A stretch of 64,000 bases of DNA from Dehalococcoidia bacterium (lineage in GTDB: Bacteria; Chloroflexota; Dehalococcoidia; UBA2979). Position numbers and translations under genes: made by a program. The DNA lies in NCBI GenBank assembly GCA_963667465.2, contig CAXXDN010000001.1, positions 352,001 through 416,000 on the forward strand. Direction: 5' to 3'. Under the pieces are notes generated by a model. That model worked only from the letters and a program-made list of their open reading frames with translations. It did no database searches and was not told the origin of the DNA. Of this stretch, positions 32,622-44,687 are shown in pieces; the stretch's first letter is position 1; the number at the start of each line of letters is the position of its first letter.

Positions 32622-33874
32622 GCGTACACGTCGCCTCGATCGCCGACGCCAACGGACGAGAGCACCTGCACGAGGTCGTCCTGGCGCTTCACGGTGTAGC
32701 TGTAGACGCCGCTCGAGGCGAGCGTGCCGTAGACGTCGAGCGAGCTGGTCGTCGCGCCGAAGGTCTCACCCTCCAGCAGCACCGCCGCGACTTTCACCCC
32801 GCGCGCGGAGAGCGACATGAGCGCCAGCGCCCAGTCGTCGCGCGGCGAGGGCGTGACGGCGATCACGGTGGTGTGGCGCCCGAACTTGCGGGACTCCTCG
32901 AGCAGCAGCTGCGCGAGCGAGACCTCACCCACAGCGCGGGCCAGCGCCAGCAGCTCCAGCAGGCGCGTGTAGTGGTTGCCGCCGCGGCTCGGATCGTTGA
33001 CGCGCAGGTCGTCGTCGTAGGCGATCATGCCAACGGAGCGGTTCTGGGTGATGAAGTAGCGCGCGATCGAGGCGGCGACCATCACGGCCGCCTCCTCGGT
33101 GCCGTCGTCGCCCTCGCCGGTGTGGACCGCCTCCTCGAGGTCAAGCAGGACCCAGATGTCGGAGGCGGGATCAAGCTCGAAGAGTTTCACCATCAGGTTG
33201 CCGGTGCGCGCGGTGGCCGGCCAGTGCACGCGGCTGAGCGAATCGCCGGCCTCGTAGGCGCGCAGGCCGGCGACATTGGGCGTGACGTTGTGCGTGCGCC
33301 TGCGGAAGCGCCCGTCTCCCGGCAGGTTCGCCGGCGGCACGTGCAGCCTCGGCAGCTCGGGAGCGCTCGGGTAGACGAGCACTTCCGAGCGCTCGCCGAA
33401 GGTGCGCGACATGCGGAAGAAGCCGAACGGGTCCGTCGCCGTCACCGTCACCGGGCCCAGCTCGTAGAGCCCGCGCCGCCGCGCGGCCGTCTCGTAGCGC
33501 CAGATGTCGACCCCGCGACGGCCGAGCGTGAGCACCCGGTTCGTTACATGGTCCGGGAGTGTCGAGTGGTCATGGACCTCGAGCCAGACCTTGGGCAGCC
33601 AGGAGCGGGAGCGCACAATCACGCGCCCGTGCAGGGCCCGCCCCCGCGAGACGCGCTGGTCGCGGCGTCGCACCTCCACCTCGATGCCGCGAATCATCGA
33701 GCGGTTCCAGAAGTAGAGCAGCGGGATCGCGATCGCGATCAGGTAGGCGAAGCGGAACAGCAGCCAGAACCCGGTCGCGCTGGCGACGGCGAGGGTGAAG
33801 AGCGCGACGGCAATCGCCGCCGCCACGTTGGGCCGGCGCGCGGCGAGGCTTGCGGCCCGCCACAGCGCGCTCAT
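32618..33874 (-). CDS. DUF58 family membrane protein
   Basis: RRGLY.LGP..DPFG, LRAYEAGDSLSRVHWPATAR. Confidence 0.9.
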   Translation of the reverse strand: MSALWRAASLAARRPNVAAAIAVALFTLAVASATGFWLLFRFAYLIAIAIPLLYFWNRSMIRGIEVEVRRRDQRVSRGRALHGRVIVRSRSWLPKVWLEVHDHSTLPDHVTNRVLTLGRRGVDIWRYETAARRRGLYELGPVTVTATDPFGFFRMSRTFGERSEVLVYPSAPELPRLHVPPANLPGDGRFRRRTHNVTPNVAGLRAYEAGDSLSRVHWPATARTGNLMVKLFELDPASDIWVLLDLEEAVHTGEGDDGTEEAAVMVAASIARYFITQNRSVGMIAYDDDLRVNDPSRGGNHYTRLLELLALARAVGEVSLAQLLLEESRKFGRHTTVIAVTPSPRDDWALALMSLSARGVKVAAVLLEGETFGATTSSLDVYGTLASSGVYSYTVKRQDDLVQVLSSVGVGDRGDVYA

Positions 33875-33877
33875 GGC

Positions 33878-34834
33878 TCAGGCGCCGCCGCGCGCCCGCG
33901 CACCCGGCACCGGCGTGCGCTCGATGCACTCGTCGACAATCTGCGCGCTCTCGATGTTCCGCACGCGCGCGGCCGGGCTCACGATCACGCGGTGCCCCAG
34001 CGTCGGGTAGGCCAGCCGCTTGATGTCGTCGGGCTGCACGAAGTCGCGCCCGTCGAGCATGGCGTAGGCCTGCGCGGCCCGCATCAGCGCCAGCGACCCG
34101 CGCGGCGAGGCGCCCAGGTAGACGCTCTCGTGCTCCCGCGTCGCGTTCACCATCGTCACGATGTACTGCTTGATCAGCGGGTCGATGTAGATCCCGCGCG
34201 TGGCCTGCTGCAACTCGATCACCTCCTCGGCGGAAGTGACCTGGTCGAGCGATTCGATCGGGTGCTGTTCTTGCTGCGCGTCCATCACCAGCACCTCGTC
34301 GGTGGGGTTCGGATAGCCGAGGCGGACGCGCAGCAGGAAGCGGTCGAGCTGCGCCTCGGGCAGCGGGAACGTGCCCTCGTATTCGATCGGGTTCTGCGTC
34401 GCGAGGACCATGAAGGGCTCGGGCAGCTTGCGCGTCACGCCGTCGACGGTGGCCTGGCGCTCCTCCATCGCCTCCAGCAGCGCGGACTGGGTCTTCGGCG
34501 TGGCGCGGTTGATCTCGTCTGTGAGCACGATCTGCGACATCACCGGGCCGGGCCGGAATTCGAACTCGCTACTCGCCTGGTTGTACACGGCGACGCCCGT
34601 CACGTCCGAGGGCAGCAAATCCGGCGTGAACTGGATGCGCTGGAAGCTGCACCCCGTCGAGCGCGCGAGCGCCCTCGCCAGCATCGTCTTGCCAACACCG
34701 GGGACGTCCTCGAGCAGCAGGTGCCCCCGGCAGAGCAGTGTGACGAGCGCGAGGCGCCCCTCCTCTGCCTTGCCGATGATCACGCGTTCGATGTTTTCGA
34801 GGATGCGCTCGGAGACTTGGCGTGGATCTTCCAC
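33878..34834 (-). CDS. MoxR-family AAA+ ATPase (second copy)
   Basis: [34 protein letters not shown]; start refined to GTG 34834 (GGGAGG RBS). Confidence 0.95.
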   Translation of the reverse strand: MEDPRQVSERILENIERVIIGKAEEGRLALVTLLCRGHLLLEDVPGVGKTMLARALARSTGCSFQRIQFTPDLLPSDVTGVAVYNQASSEFEFRPGPVMSQIVLTDEINRATPKTQSALLEAMEERQATVDGVTRKLPEPFMVLATQNPIEYEGTFPLPEAQLDRFLLRVRLGYPNPTDEVLVMDAQQEQHPIESLDQVTSAEEVIELQQATRGIYIDPLIKQYIVTMVNATREHESVYLGASPRGSLALMRAAQAYAMLDGRDFVQPDDIKRLAYPTLGHRVIVSPAARVRNIESAQIVDECIERTPVPGARARGGA

Positions 34835-35019
34835 GTCGGCCCTCCCAACCCTTCGCGGCCGGGCCTCCGTGCACCGCCAGGCGCGGTGACACAGGTGAGG
34901 CGGACGCAACGCGCGCCAGTATAGCAGCGCGCTCCGCGACGCTCTCCCCGCGCGTCGTGGCGTGCAACCCTTAATCGCGTCCTGCGGATAGGATGTAGGG
35001 ACTCCCGGCGAGGAGGCGC

Positions 35020-36333
35020 GTGGCCGAAGACCAGACCCCTCCGCCTCGGCGCTCCGCGCGCCATGTCAGCGCCGCGAGCCTCCTGACCGCGGTGGTCGTG
35101 ATGCTGCTCGTCGCCGCGGCCACCACCGCACTGGTCCGTACCCTCAACGAGGAGCCTGCGGAACCGCCGGCGGTCAGGATCACTCCGCTCACCCGCACGG
35201 CCACCCCCGCCCCAACTCCGGCGCCATCGCCAACCCCGACGGCGCCGCCCACTCCGGCCTCGACGCCGTCGCCCACACCCACACCCACACCCACAACGTC
35301 ACCATCACCGACGGCTACGCCTTCACCAACGGCTACGCCTTCACCAACACCGTCACCGACGCCGACTGCCACGCCCACGCCCACACCGACCCCAACGCCC
35401 TCCCCCACTCCCACTCCCACTCCCACTCCCACTCCTACTCCTGCGCCGACCCCAACACCCACGCCCACTCCAACCCCGACCCCGACACCCACCCCCATCC
35501 CCGGCGAGGTTGCGACGACTCCCGAGGTCGAAACGGGCCACACCCTGGTCGTGCAGGCCTCCGCCGCCGGTTCCGTCCTGGCGCGGATCGAGTTCCGAGG
35601 CGCCTCGTACTCGCTGGTGCCTGCCGGTGATGGCTTCTGGGGCGTCTTCGCGATCCCGGTGGACGCCGAACCCGGCGAGGAGTCCGTGCGCGTCACCTTC
35701 CACGACGCCAACCGCACACAGATCAGCGAGGCCGACGCGACCTACGTCGTGGTCGCGGTCGAGCGGGAAGTGGAGGGCATCACGCTGCCGCCCGACGCAG
35801 CGGCGCTGCTGAACGAGGCTGACGCGCGGCGCGAGGCCGAGCTGCGCGCCGAGCAATTCGCGCGATCCGACCCCGATCCAGCGTGGGCGGAGCCGTTCCT
35901 GGTCCCCGTGCCCGGCGCACCGATTACCGCACCGTTCGGGACGGGCCGCTCCTACAACGGCGGCCCCGTGACCAGCTTCCACAGCGGTCTCGACTACGGC
36001 GGGAACGAGGGCGACCCGGTGCTGGCCGCCGCGCCCGGCCGCGTCAGCTGGACCGGCGTGATGCCGCTCCGCGGCAACAGCGTGATCATCGACCACGGCG
36101 CGGGCGTGAAGAGCGGCTACCACCACCTCTCAGCTATCGGCGTCGCCGTCGATGACGTCGTGGCTGTGGGCGACCAGATCGGGGCGCTCGGCTCGACCGG
36201 CGTCGCGACCGGTCCGCACCTGCACTGGGAGATCAGCGTTCACGGCGTGAACGTCGATCCGCTCGCCTGGCTCTTCAGCTCGTTCCTGGCGAGCGGGGGC
36301 TTTAGCCCTCCAACGCAGACAGAGTCTGAGTAA
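35020..36333 (+). CDS. Membrane-anchored M23 peptidase with a long Pro/Thr linker
   Basis: TM helix, (PT)n stalk, HSGLD and TGPHLHWE zinc motifs. Confidence 0.9.
   Translation: MAEDQTPPPRRSARHVSAASLLTAVVVMLLVAAATTALVRTLNEEPAEPPAVRITPLTRTATPAPTPAPSPTPTAPPTPASTPSPTPTPTPTTSPSPTATPSPTATPSPTPSPTPTATPTPTPTPTPSPTPTPTPTPTPTPAPTPTPTPTPTPTPTPTPIPGEVATTPEVETGHTLVVQASAAGSVLARIEFRGASYSLVPAGDGFWGVFAIPVDAEPGEESVRVTFHDANRTQISEADATYVVVAVEREVEGITLPPDAAALLNEADARREAELRAEQFARSDPDPAWAEPFLVPVPGAPITAPFGTGRSYNGGPVTSFHSGLDYGGNEGDPVLAAAPGRVSWTGVMPLRGNSVIIDHGAGVKSGYHHLSAIGVAVDDVVAVGDQIGALGSTGVATGPHLHWEISVHGVNVDPLAWLFSSFLASGGFSPPTQTESE
35197..35502 (+). repeat. Coding Pro-Thr low-complexity repeat including (CCCACT)5 and a duplicated ACGGCTACGCCTTCACCA
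   Basis: Read directly from the sequence; encodes the TPTPTP stalk. Confidence 0.9.
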
Positions 36334-37000
36334 GAGTGACGATCGCCGCCGTCTCCACGCGTAGCCTGCGAGGTCCAAGACTCACCGCCAGCGCGCCCTC
36401 CCCGATCAGGCGCTCGCGCTCCTCGGGCGTCCAGCCGCCCTCCGGGCCGATGTAGATCGCCACGGCGATCGGCGCAGCCGAGACGCCGGCGAGCGCTTCG
36501 GCGACGGTCCGCGCCGCGCCGGGGTCGGCGATCAGCCTCAGCGCCCCGGCGGGAGGCTCCTCGCCGAACGCGGGCAGCGAGGCGCGTCCGCACTGCTCGG
36601 CCGCCTCGCTGGCGATGCGCCGCCAGCGCTCGACGCGCCCCTCGCCCGGCTGCATCACCGCGCGGTCGCTGGCCAGCGGCGTGATCGCGGCGACACCGAG
36701 CTCCGTCGCCTTCTCCACGATCCAGTCGCCGCGCTGCCCTCGAGGGAAAGCGCAGAGCAGCGTGACCGCGACCGGCGGCTCGGGCAGCGCCTCGAGCGGC
36801 TGACCGATCGCCAACCTGACTCCCTCCGCCGCGACGGCGGCGACGGTCGCTTCCCACTCTCCGCCCCTGCCGTCGAAGACAGCGAGGCCGTCGCCCGGCC
36901 GCAGCCGCAACACGCTGCGCAGCCGATGCGACTGCGCGTCATCGAGGCGCACCTCGCCGCCGGGCTCGAGCCGCGCGCCCGACACGTAGAGCCGCCTCAC
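36302..37000 (-). CDS. rsmE: 16S rRNA m3U1498 methyltransferase
   Basis: [43 protein letters not shown] 37000 overlaps the prmA stop. Confidence 0.92.
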   Translation of the reverse strand: MRRLYVSGARLEPGGEVRLDDAQSHRLRSVLRLRPGDGLAVFDGRGGEWEATVAAVAAEGVRLAIGQPLEALPEPPVAVTLLCAFPRGQRGDWIVEKATELGVAAITPLASDRAVMQPGEGRVERWRRIASEAAEQCGRASLPAFGEEPPAGALRLIADPGAARTVAEALAGVSAAPIAVAIYIGPEGGWTPEERERLIGEGALAVSLGPRRLRVETAAIVTLTQTLSALEG

Positions 37001-37941
37001 GGGCTCACCTTCCCCGCGCCCACGGCGCACCACTCCTCGTCCGGCTCGACCGTCACATCCTCGAGGCCCGCGCCGCGCGCGGCCGCCATCACCTCGGAGA
37101 CCCGATCGGCCATGAAACCACTGAGGACGACCCGCCCGCCCGGACGCAGGGCACGCGCCATCGCCGGCAGCAGCTCGCACACCACGCCCGAGGAGACATT
37201 CGCCGCCACGAAGTCGTACTCGTCCAGCGCGCCGCGCTGCGTCTCGAGCGAGCCTCGCGCGACCCGCACGCTGCCCCCGAGGCCGTTACGCCGCACATTC
37301 GCGCGCGCCGCTTCCACCGCGTCCGGATCGGTGTCGAGCGCGTCGACGCGCGAGGCGCCGAGGCGGGCCGCCGCAAGCGCGAGCACGCCGGACCCCGTCC
37401 CGAGGTCGAGCACCACGGCGCCGGGCGCGCACTCGCGCTCGATCGCCGCCAGGCAGAGCCGGGTCGTCGGGTGCTGGCCTGTGCCGAACGCCTGCCCGGG
37501 ATCGAGGCTGATCGCCAGCGCCTCGCCGTCCGGCGCGGGCTCCCAGGACGGGTGCACCAGCAACCGCCCGATGCGCAGCGTCGTGAAATGCTCGCGCCAG
37601 AGCTCGGACCAGTCGAGGTCCTCGACCGCGCGATAGCGCAGCCGGGGCAGCGGGCCGCGCAACGGCAGCGCGCTCAGCCTCCGCCGCAGCACGCGGCGCT
37701 CGCGGGGCGTCAGCGGGCCGGGCAGGAACGCGCGCACTGTGGCGTCGGACGGCTCGACCGTGTAGGCGAAGTCGTGTTCGTCCGAGGTCTGGATGCGCGG
37801 CTCGAGGGCGACCGCGCCCCCGGTCAGCGCGCCGAGCGCGTCCACGACCAGCTCGGCGTCGGAGAGCGGCAGCCGAACCGTCAGCTCGACCCAGGCAGCG
37901 GAGCCGCCGGGAGCAGCGCGTGCGTTCGCGCCCACCGTCAT
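36997..37941 (-). CDS. prmA: Ribosomal protein L11 methyltransferase
   Basis: DPGQAFGTGQHPTT, LDLGTGSGVL; canonical dnaJ-prmA-rsmE order. Confidence 0.93.
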   Translation of the reverse strand: MTVGANARAAPGGSAAWVELTVRLPLSDAELVVDALGALTGGAVALEPRIQTSDEHDFAYTVEPSDATVRAFLPGPLTPRERRVLRRRLSALPLRGPLPRLRYRAVEDLDWSELWREHFTTLRIGRLLVHPSWEPAPDGEALAISLDPGQAFGTGQHPTTRLCLAAIERECAPGAVVLDLGTGSGVLALAAARLGASRVDALDTDPDAVEAARANVRRNGLGGSVRVARGSLETQRGALDEYDFVAANVSSGVVCELLPAMARALRPGGRVVLSGFMADRVSEVMAAARGAGLEDVTVEPDEEWCAVGAGKVSP

Positions 37942-37945
37942 GGGG

Positions 37946-39064
37946 CTAGGAGAAGGCCTCCCGGATCCGGCCGAACAACCCGCGATCGTCGGCCGGCAAC
38001 GAGGGCGTCCCGAGCGAGTCGGCGAGCTGTTCCAGCAGCTCGCGCTGCTCCTCGGTGAGCTTCGTGGGCGTCACCACATGCGTGCGCACCAGCAGGTCGC
38101 CGCGTCCGGCGGCCTGGAGGTGGGGAACGCCGCGCCCGCGGACGCTGAAGATGTGGCCGGGCTGAGTGCCGCCAGGCACGTCGATCGTGACCGGATCGCC
38201 CTCGAGCGTCGGCACCTCGATCTCGGCGCCGAGCGCGGCCTGCGCGGGGTTCAGCGGCAGCTCGTAGACGAGGTGGTCGCCGCGGCGAGCGAAGTGATCG
38301 TGACCCTCGATATCGAGGTCCAGGTAGAGGTGACCGGGCGGGCCGCCGCGAAGGCCGGCGTCACCCTCGCCGCTGAGGCGGATCTGGTGCTCCTCGTCGA
38401 CTCCTGCGGGGATGTTCACGGAGCGCGTCACGGTGTCGGCGCGGAAACCACGGCCTCCGCAGCCCGTGCAGGGGTCGGTCACCACCTCGCCGTCGCCGCC
38501 GCAGCGGTTGCACAGCGCCGAGTTGACGAAGCGCCCGAACAGCGACTCCTGGACGCGCCGGATCTCGCCCTGGCCGTTGCACTCCGTGCACGTCGAGGGC
38601 CGGCTCCCGTTCGCCGAGCCGCCGCCCCCGCAATCCTCGCAGCGGCCGACGCGCTGGAACTGGATCTCGCGCTCCGCGCCGAAGACCGCCTCCTCGAAGG
38701 CGACGGCTATCGAGGCGCGGCGGTCGGCGCCGCGCTGCGGGCCGGGCCGGCGCGATCCGGTGCCGCGGAAGAAGGCATCGAAGATGTCGCCGAAGCCGCC
38801 GAAGCCCTCGAAGCCGGAGAAGCCGTGCTGTCCGCCTCCGTTGAGCCCGGCCATGCCGAAGCGGTCGTAGGTGCGGCGCTTCTCCGGATCGGAGAGCACC
38901 TCGTAGGCGGCGTTGACCTGCTTGAAGCGATCCTCAGCGCCCTCGCTCTTGTTGCGATCGGGGTGGGAGTCCATCGCAGCCTTGCGGAAGGCGCGCTTGA
39001 TCTCCTCCTGTGAGGCGTCGCGCTGGACCCCGAGGGTCGCGTAGAGGTCGACTTCCGTGGCCAT
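37946..39064 (-). CDS. dnaJ: Chaperone DnaJ (class A)
   Basis: HPD J-domain and four CxxCxGxG repeats. Confidence 0.97.
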   Translation of the reverse strand: MATEVDLYATLGVQRDASQEEIKRAFRKAAMDSHPDRNKSEGAEDRFKQVNAAYEVLSDPEKRRTYDRFGMAGLNGGGQHGFSGFEGFGGFGDIFDAFFRGTGSRRPGPQRGADRRASIAVAFEEAVFGAEREIQFQRVGRCEDCGGGGSANGSRPSTCTECNGQGEIRRVQESLFGRFVNSALCNRCGGDGEVVTDPCTGCGGRGFRADTVTRSVNIPAGVDEEHQIRLSGEGDAGLRGGPPGHLYLDLDIEGHDHFARRGDHLVYELPLNPAQAALGAEIEVPTLEGDPVTIDVPGGTQPGHIFSVRGRGVPHLQAAGRGDLLVRTHVVTPTKLTEEQRELLEQLADSLGTPSLPADDRGLFGRIREAFS

Positions 39065-39127
39065 CAACCGCTCAGTCTACCGAAGAGTCGGGTAGAGCGC
39101 GTGAGCGGCGGCGGTCGAGCGCCGTGA

Positions 39128-40126
39128 TCACAGCGCACCCCGCACGTAGCGGGTCGCGAGGTACTCCTCGACCCAGTTGGTGGTGCTGCGCCACTGGCCG
39201 TCGGCGCCACGCGTTGCCTGCAGTCGCCCACGGATCGCGGCCGTCCGCAGCGCCGAGTGCGAGATCCGCTCACTTGCCAGCGCAGCGAGCGGCACAAGCC
39301 GGCCGGGCCCCGCCACCGCCGGAATGACGAACTTGTAGAGGTTGTCGAGGATCGCCCGCGCAAGCAGTTCGCCGAGCGGACCGATGTCTCCTCGGTCGGC
39401 CTTTCGCAGCGCGGCCAGATATGTGCTGCGCTGGTTCTTGTAGATGATCGCCGGCGGATAGCCGAGCCGGACGAGCAGCAGGTTGAGGACCAGGCGTCCC
39501 GCCCTTCCATTGCCATCAAGGAAGGGGTGAATCTGCTCGAACCGGCAGTGCAGCACAGCGACAGTCTCCGGGAAGTGAGCGGCGCCAGGCTCCAGGCGGT
39601 TCACGTCGGCGATCCAGTCAGCCATCAACGCCGGCACATCGGTCCATGCGGGGGGTGTCATGCCCTCCGGGAACGGCTGGATCTCGTGTCGCCGGTACGC
39701 CCCCGGCCGCTCTGCCGAATCGGCGACCGGATGAGGCGCGACATCCCAGACGGGTTCCAGCGCAACCTCATGGATGCGTCTGACCTCGGTCAGCGAGATC
39801 CACTCGCCGCCGGACCACTCGCCCGGCTCGATCGCCTGGCCGTAGACCCAGTCGGCGGCGTTCGCGTAGCCGCGCACTTCCATGTACTCCGCAAGCTGCT
39901 TGTCGCCGACAGCGCGGCCTTCCGCAAGCAGGGCCTCGACCTGCTTCAGGACAAGCGTATTGCCCTCGATCGCGGTGGAGTGGTGAGCCTCCTCGAACCA
40001 GATGCCGCGCCAGATGTCAGCCGCTTCCAGGCGATTGGGGAGTCCCCCCATGCGCGTCCACAGTTCGCTGATCTGCGTCTCGAGCCGGGCGTAGATGGCA
40101 GCGCGAGGCGGACGTCCGCGCCGCAC
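39128..40126 (-). CDS. Class II Fic-domain protein with putative C-terminal HTH
   Basis: HPFLDGNGRAGR active site; N-terminal inhibitory STAIEGN. Start is GTG 40126 (AGGGGG upstream) or ATG 40165. Confidence 0.9.
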   Translation of the reverse strand: MRRGRPPRAAIYARLETQISELWTRMGGLPNRLEAADIWRGIWFEEAHHSTAIEGNTLVLKQVEALLAEGRAVGDKQLAEYMEVRGYANAADWVYGQAIEPGEWSGGEWISLTEVRRIHEVALEPVWDVAPHPVADSAERPGAYRRHEIQPFPEGMTPPAWTDVPALMADWIADVNRLEPGAAHFPETVAVLHCRFEQIHPFLDGNGRAGRLVLNLLLVRLGYPPAIIYKNQRSTYLAALRKADRGDIGPLGELLARAILDNLYKFVIPAVAGPGRLVPLAALASERISHSALRTAAIRGRLQATRGADGQWRSTTNWVEEYLATRYVRGAL

Positions 40127-40215
40127 CGCCCGGCCCCCCTGAAGTTGATCAGGTTCACGCCGCATAAATTGAACCGTACACTTTCACCAGAGAAGTGTAC
40201 GTCAGAGCCCTTGAA

Positions 40216-40256
40216 AAAGAAACCGCGCACTTTCACCGTGGCAGTGAAAGTGCGCG
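40216..40256 (-). terminator. Intrinsic terminator-like hairpin downstream of dnaK
   Basis: 13-bp stem CGCGCACTTTCAC-N7-GTGAAAGTGCGCG followed on the minus strand by GTTTCTTTTT. Confidence 0.6.
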
Positions 40257-40307
40257 TTACGTCCACTCAGAATTGTGCCGCACACTTTCGTGCGCGACTG
40301 CGCGTCT

Positions 40308-42212
<1,905 letters not shown>

Positions 42213-42282
42213 CTCGTACCCCTTGTCGCGTTCCCCGTCGGTCGTGGTTCAGGCCGGGAGCACCGCCCCCGGTTCGTCGCTC

Positions 42283-42867
42283 CTACTCTGCGGCCCGTCC
42301 GCCCTCGGCGGACCCGGCCTCGCCGCTGCCGACCACCACCTGGGCCGGTCGCAGCACGTAGTTCTCGATGCGGTAGCCCTCGCGCACGAGGGCGACGATT
42401 TGCCCCTCTGGACCCGGGGCGGACGAGACCGCCTCGTGGACCGCCGGGTCGAACGCGTCACCTTCTCCACCGATCTCCTCGACGCCGGCGCCGGCCAGCA
42501 TCTCCTTGAACTTGCGCTCCACCAGCCGGATGCCCTCGATCCACTGGTCCCCGGCGAGCGCACCATCGACCGAGAGCAGGGCGCGGCTCAGGTCGTCGAG
42601 CGGCGGCAGGCAGCGAGCCATCGTCTGGGCAAGCTGCGCCCGCGCGCGTTCCGTCCAGCGTTCCTCCGTGCGGCGCCGGTAGTTCTGTAGATCGGCAACG
42701 GCCCGCGCGTGGCGGTCCGTCAGTTCCGCGACTTCCGCCTCGAGGGCCGCGATGCGCTCGGCGTCGCTCAACGCCTCGTCGGCAGCGGCCTCCTCGGCCG
42801 GCACTGCTGTTTCCCCGGCGTTGTCTCCTTCAAGAGGCACGTTGTCTTGCTCCTGGTTGTGCGTCAT
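42283..42867 (-). CDS. grpE: Nucleotide exchange factor GrpE
   Basis: ADLQNYRRR, FDPAVHEAV, GY....VLRPAQVVV; alternative start at 42906. Confidence 0.93.
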   Translation of the reverse strand: MTHNQEQDNVPLEGDNAGETAVPAEEAAADEALSDAERIAALEAEVAELTDRHARAVADLQNYRRRTEERWTERARAQLAQTMARCLPPLDDLSRALLSVDGALAGDQWIEGIRLVERKFKEMLAGAGVEEIGGEGDAFDPAVHEAVSSAPGPEGQIVALVREGYRIENYVLRPAQVVVGSGEAGSAEGGRAAE

Positions 42868-42898
42868 TGAGTCCTGCGGGCGTCCGCTGGCCCGGGCG

Positions 42899-43912
42899 TC
42901 AGCCATCCAGCTCGTGTAGCAGTTCGGTCATCAGCCGGGCGAAGTAACGAACGCGCGGGATCGTGTGCCCGTAGTGCATCCGCGTCGGGCCCAGCACCGC
43001 GACGGAGCCGAGCGCCCCGCCGGGCTCACCGAAGGCCGCGATGACCATCGTCCAGTCGTGGAGCCAGCTCCGCTCGTTCTCGTCGCCAATCAACACGCGC
43101 GCGCCGGGGTCCGGGTGTTGCGGCGGCCGCAGCGCACCACGCAGCTCGTACGCTTCGAGGTGCTCAACCGCGTCGAGCATGCGATCGGTGGTGGAGAACT
43201 CCGGCTGCGCCAGTGCCGCCCGGATGCCTTCGATGAAGAGCTGCGACGCGCTCGCGCCTTCCGCCACGAGGTCGGCGATCTCAAGCGTGAGCCGGCGATC
43301 GTCGTCATCATCGAACTGCGGCGCGATCGTGCGGATCCGCTCGGAGTCCGAGAGCGAGAGCCGATCGTTGAGGCGCGAGGCGCGGGTGAGCAGCTCCGGC
43401 TGACCCTCGTCCTCCGGCACGGCGACGATCCGTTCCTGGATGCTCCCGTCGTCCAGCACCCCCACCAGCAAAGCGGCTCCGGGCCGCAAGTGCACCAGCT
43501 GCGCCTGCCGCAGGTGCGTGACCGGGCGCTGCGGCCGCGCCACGACGGCAACATTGCCGACCGCCCCTGCGAGGACCGAAGCCGCCAGTTGCAGCCACTC
43601 ATCGAGGTCCGGGGGCGCCTGGTAGAACTGGTGCTCGATCGTCCGGCGCTCGTCGGCGCCGATCGGCTCCTCGGCCATCAACTCCTCGACGTAGAAGCGG
43701 TAGCCCGTGTTGGAGGGGATGCGGCCGGCCGACGTGTAGGGGTGTGTGATGTACCCCTCCTGCTCGAGCGCGGCCAGCTCGTTGCGCACGGTCGCGGTGG
43801 AGACGTCAAGGTTGTGGCGGTCGACCAGCGCGCGCGAACTCACCGGCGCAGCCGTGCCGATATACTCGTCTACGACGAGATTGAGGATGTCCGCCCGGCG
43901 CTGAGTGAGCAC
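42899..43912 (-). CDS. hrcA: Heat-inducible repressor HrcA
   Basis: STATVRNELAALE..PYTSAGRIPS..GYRFYV, LGPTRMHY. Confidence 0.95.
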   Translation of the reverse strand: MLTQRRADILNLVVDEYIGTAAPVSSRALVDRHNLDVSTATVRNELAALEQEGYITHPYTSAGRIPSNTGYRFYVEELMAEEPIGADERRTIEHQFYQAPPDLDEWLQLAASVLAGAVGNVAVVARPQRPVTHLRQAQLVHLRPGAALLVGVLDDGSIQERIVAVPEDEGQPELLTRASRLNDRLSLSDSERIRTIAPQFDDDDDRRLTLEIADLVAEGASASQLFIEGIRAALAQPEFSTTDRMLDAVEHLEAYELRGALRPPQHPDPGARVLIGDENERSWLHDWTMVIAAFGEPGGALGSVAVLGPTRMHYGHTIPRVRYFARLMTELLHELDG

Positions 43913-43940
43913 GGGCCCTCCATCCCGACTACCCCGCAGA

Positions 43941-43967
43941 TTAGCACTCTCATGGGGAGAGTGCTAA
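43941..43967. promoter_or_regulatory. CIRCE element (HrcA operator)
   Basis: Perfect TTAGCACTC-N9-GAGTGCTAA. Confidence 0.97.
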
Positions 43968-43975
43968 CACACTGG

Positions 43976-44005
43976 ATTCTAGCGGCCAGACGCCCGGCTG
44001 GTCAA
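43976..44005 (-). promoter_or_regulatory. Sigma70-type promoter of the hrcA operon
   Basis: TTGACC, 18 nt spacer, TAGAAT on the minus strand, just upstream of CIRCE. Confidence 0.7.
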
Positions 44006-44029
44006 CGCTCGCACGGGCCCGGAGAGCGC

Positions 44030-44602
44030 ATGGACCGAGATTCGGACCCCCGGACCGCCGCCTCGCCCGACGCCGCCGATCCCGCCCGCGCGGACGAGGC
44101 CCGCGACGCCTTCTCCGAGCTCTACGAGGCACACGCGACCCGCGTCTACCGCTACCTGCTCTCCCGCACCAGCAGCGTCAGCGACGCCGAGGAGCTCACC
44201 TCACGCACCTTCACCAACGCCTTCGCCAGCCTCGGCAGCTACCGCGGACGCGGCAAGTTCGAGTCCTGGCTGATGACCATCGCGCACAACCTGCTGGCCA
44301 ACTGGTACCGCGACCGTGGCCGCCGGCCGCAGGCGGCGCCGCTCGACGAGGCGCTCGCCGTCCCCTCGGACGCGCCGGGGCCGGAGTCGGCGCTCGAGAC
44401 CCTCGAGGAGACCCAGCGGGTGCGGGATGCGGCGGCGGCGCTTGCGCCCGACCGCCAGCGGCTGATCACGCTCAAGTACGTCGACGGCCTCACGAACGCC
44501 GAGATCGGCCGCATCCTCGGACGCAGCGAGGGCGCCGTGAAGGCCCTCCACCACCGCACGCTTCGCCAGCTCGCCCAGGCGCTCGCGGCCGACTCGGAGT
44601 AG
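44030..44602 (+). CDS. ECF RNA polymerase sigma-70 factor
   Basis: DAEEL.S.TF, F.SWL.TIAHN, region 4 LTNAEIGRILGRSEGAVK; ATG 44030 with GGAG RBS. Confidence 0.92.
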   Translation: MDRDSDPRTAASPDAADPARADEARDAFSELYEAHATRVYRYLLSRTSSVSDAEELTSRTFTNAFASLGSYRGRGKFESWLMTIAHNLLANWYRDRGRRPQAAPLDEALAVPSDAPGPESALETLEETQRVRDAAAALAPDRQRLITLKYVDGLTNAEIGRILGRSEGAVKALHHRTLRQLAQALAADSE

Positions 44603-44687
44603 GCGAGTGCCTGGCGCTCTGGTGGCCGGGTGTGGCGGCAGCCGCGCCCGCTCGCTACGATCGCAGCACCCCGGAAGGGCGCCGACC

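Noticed and set aside
35197..35502. CRISPR-like or non-coding repeat array
   Set aside because: In-frame Pro/Thr coding repeat with no repeat-spacer structure and no cas genes.
42965..44029. 545-aa extended ECF sigma ORF
   Set aside because: The N-terminal part is antisense to hrcA and crosses CIRCE; the real start is ATG 44030.
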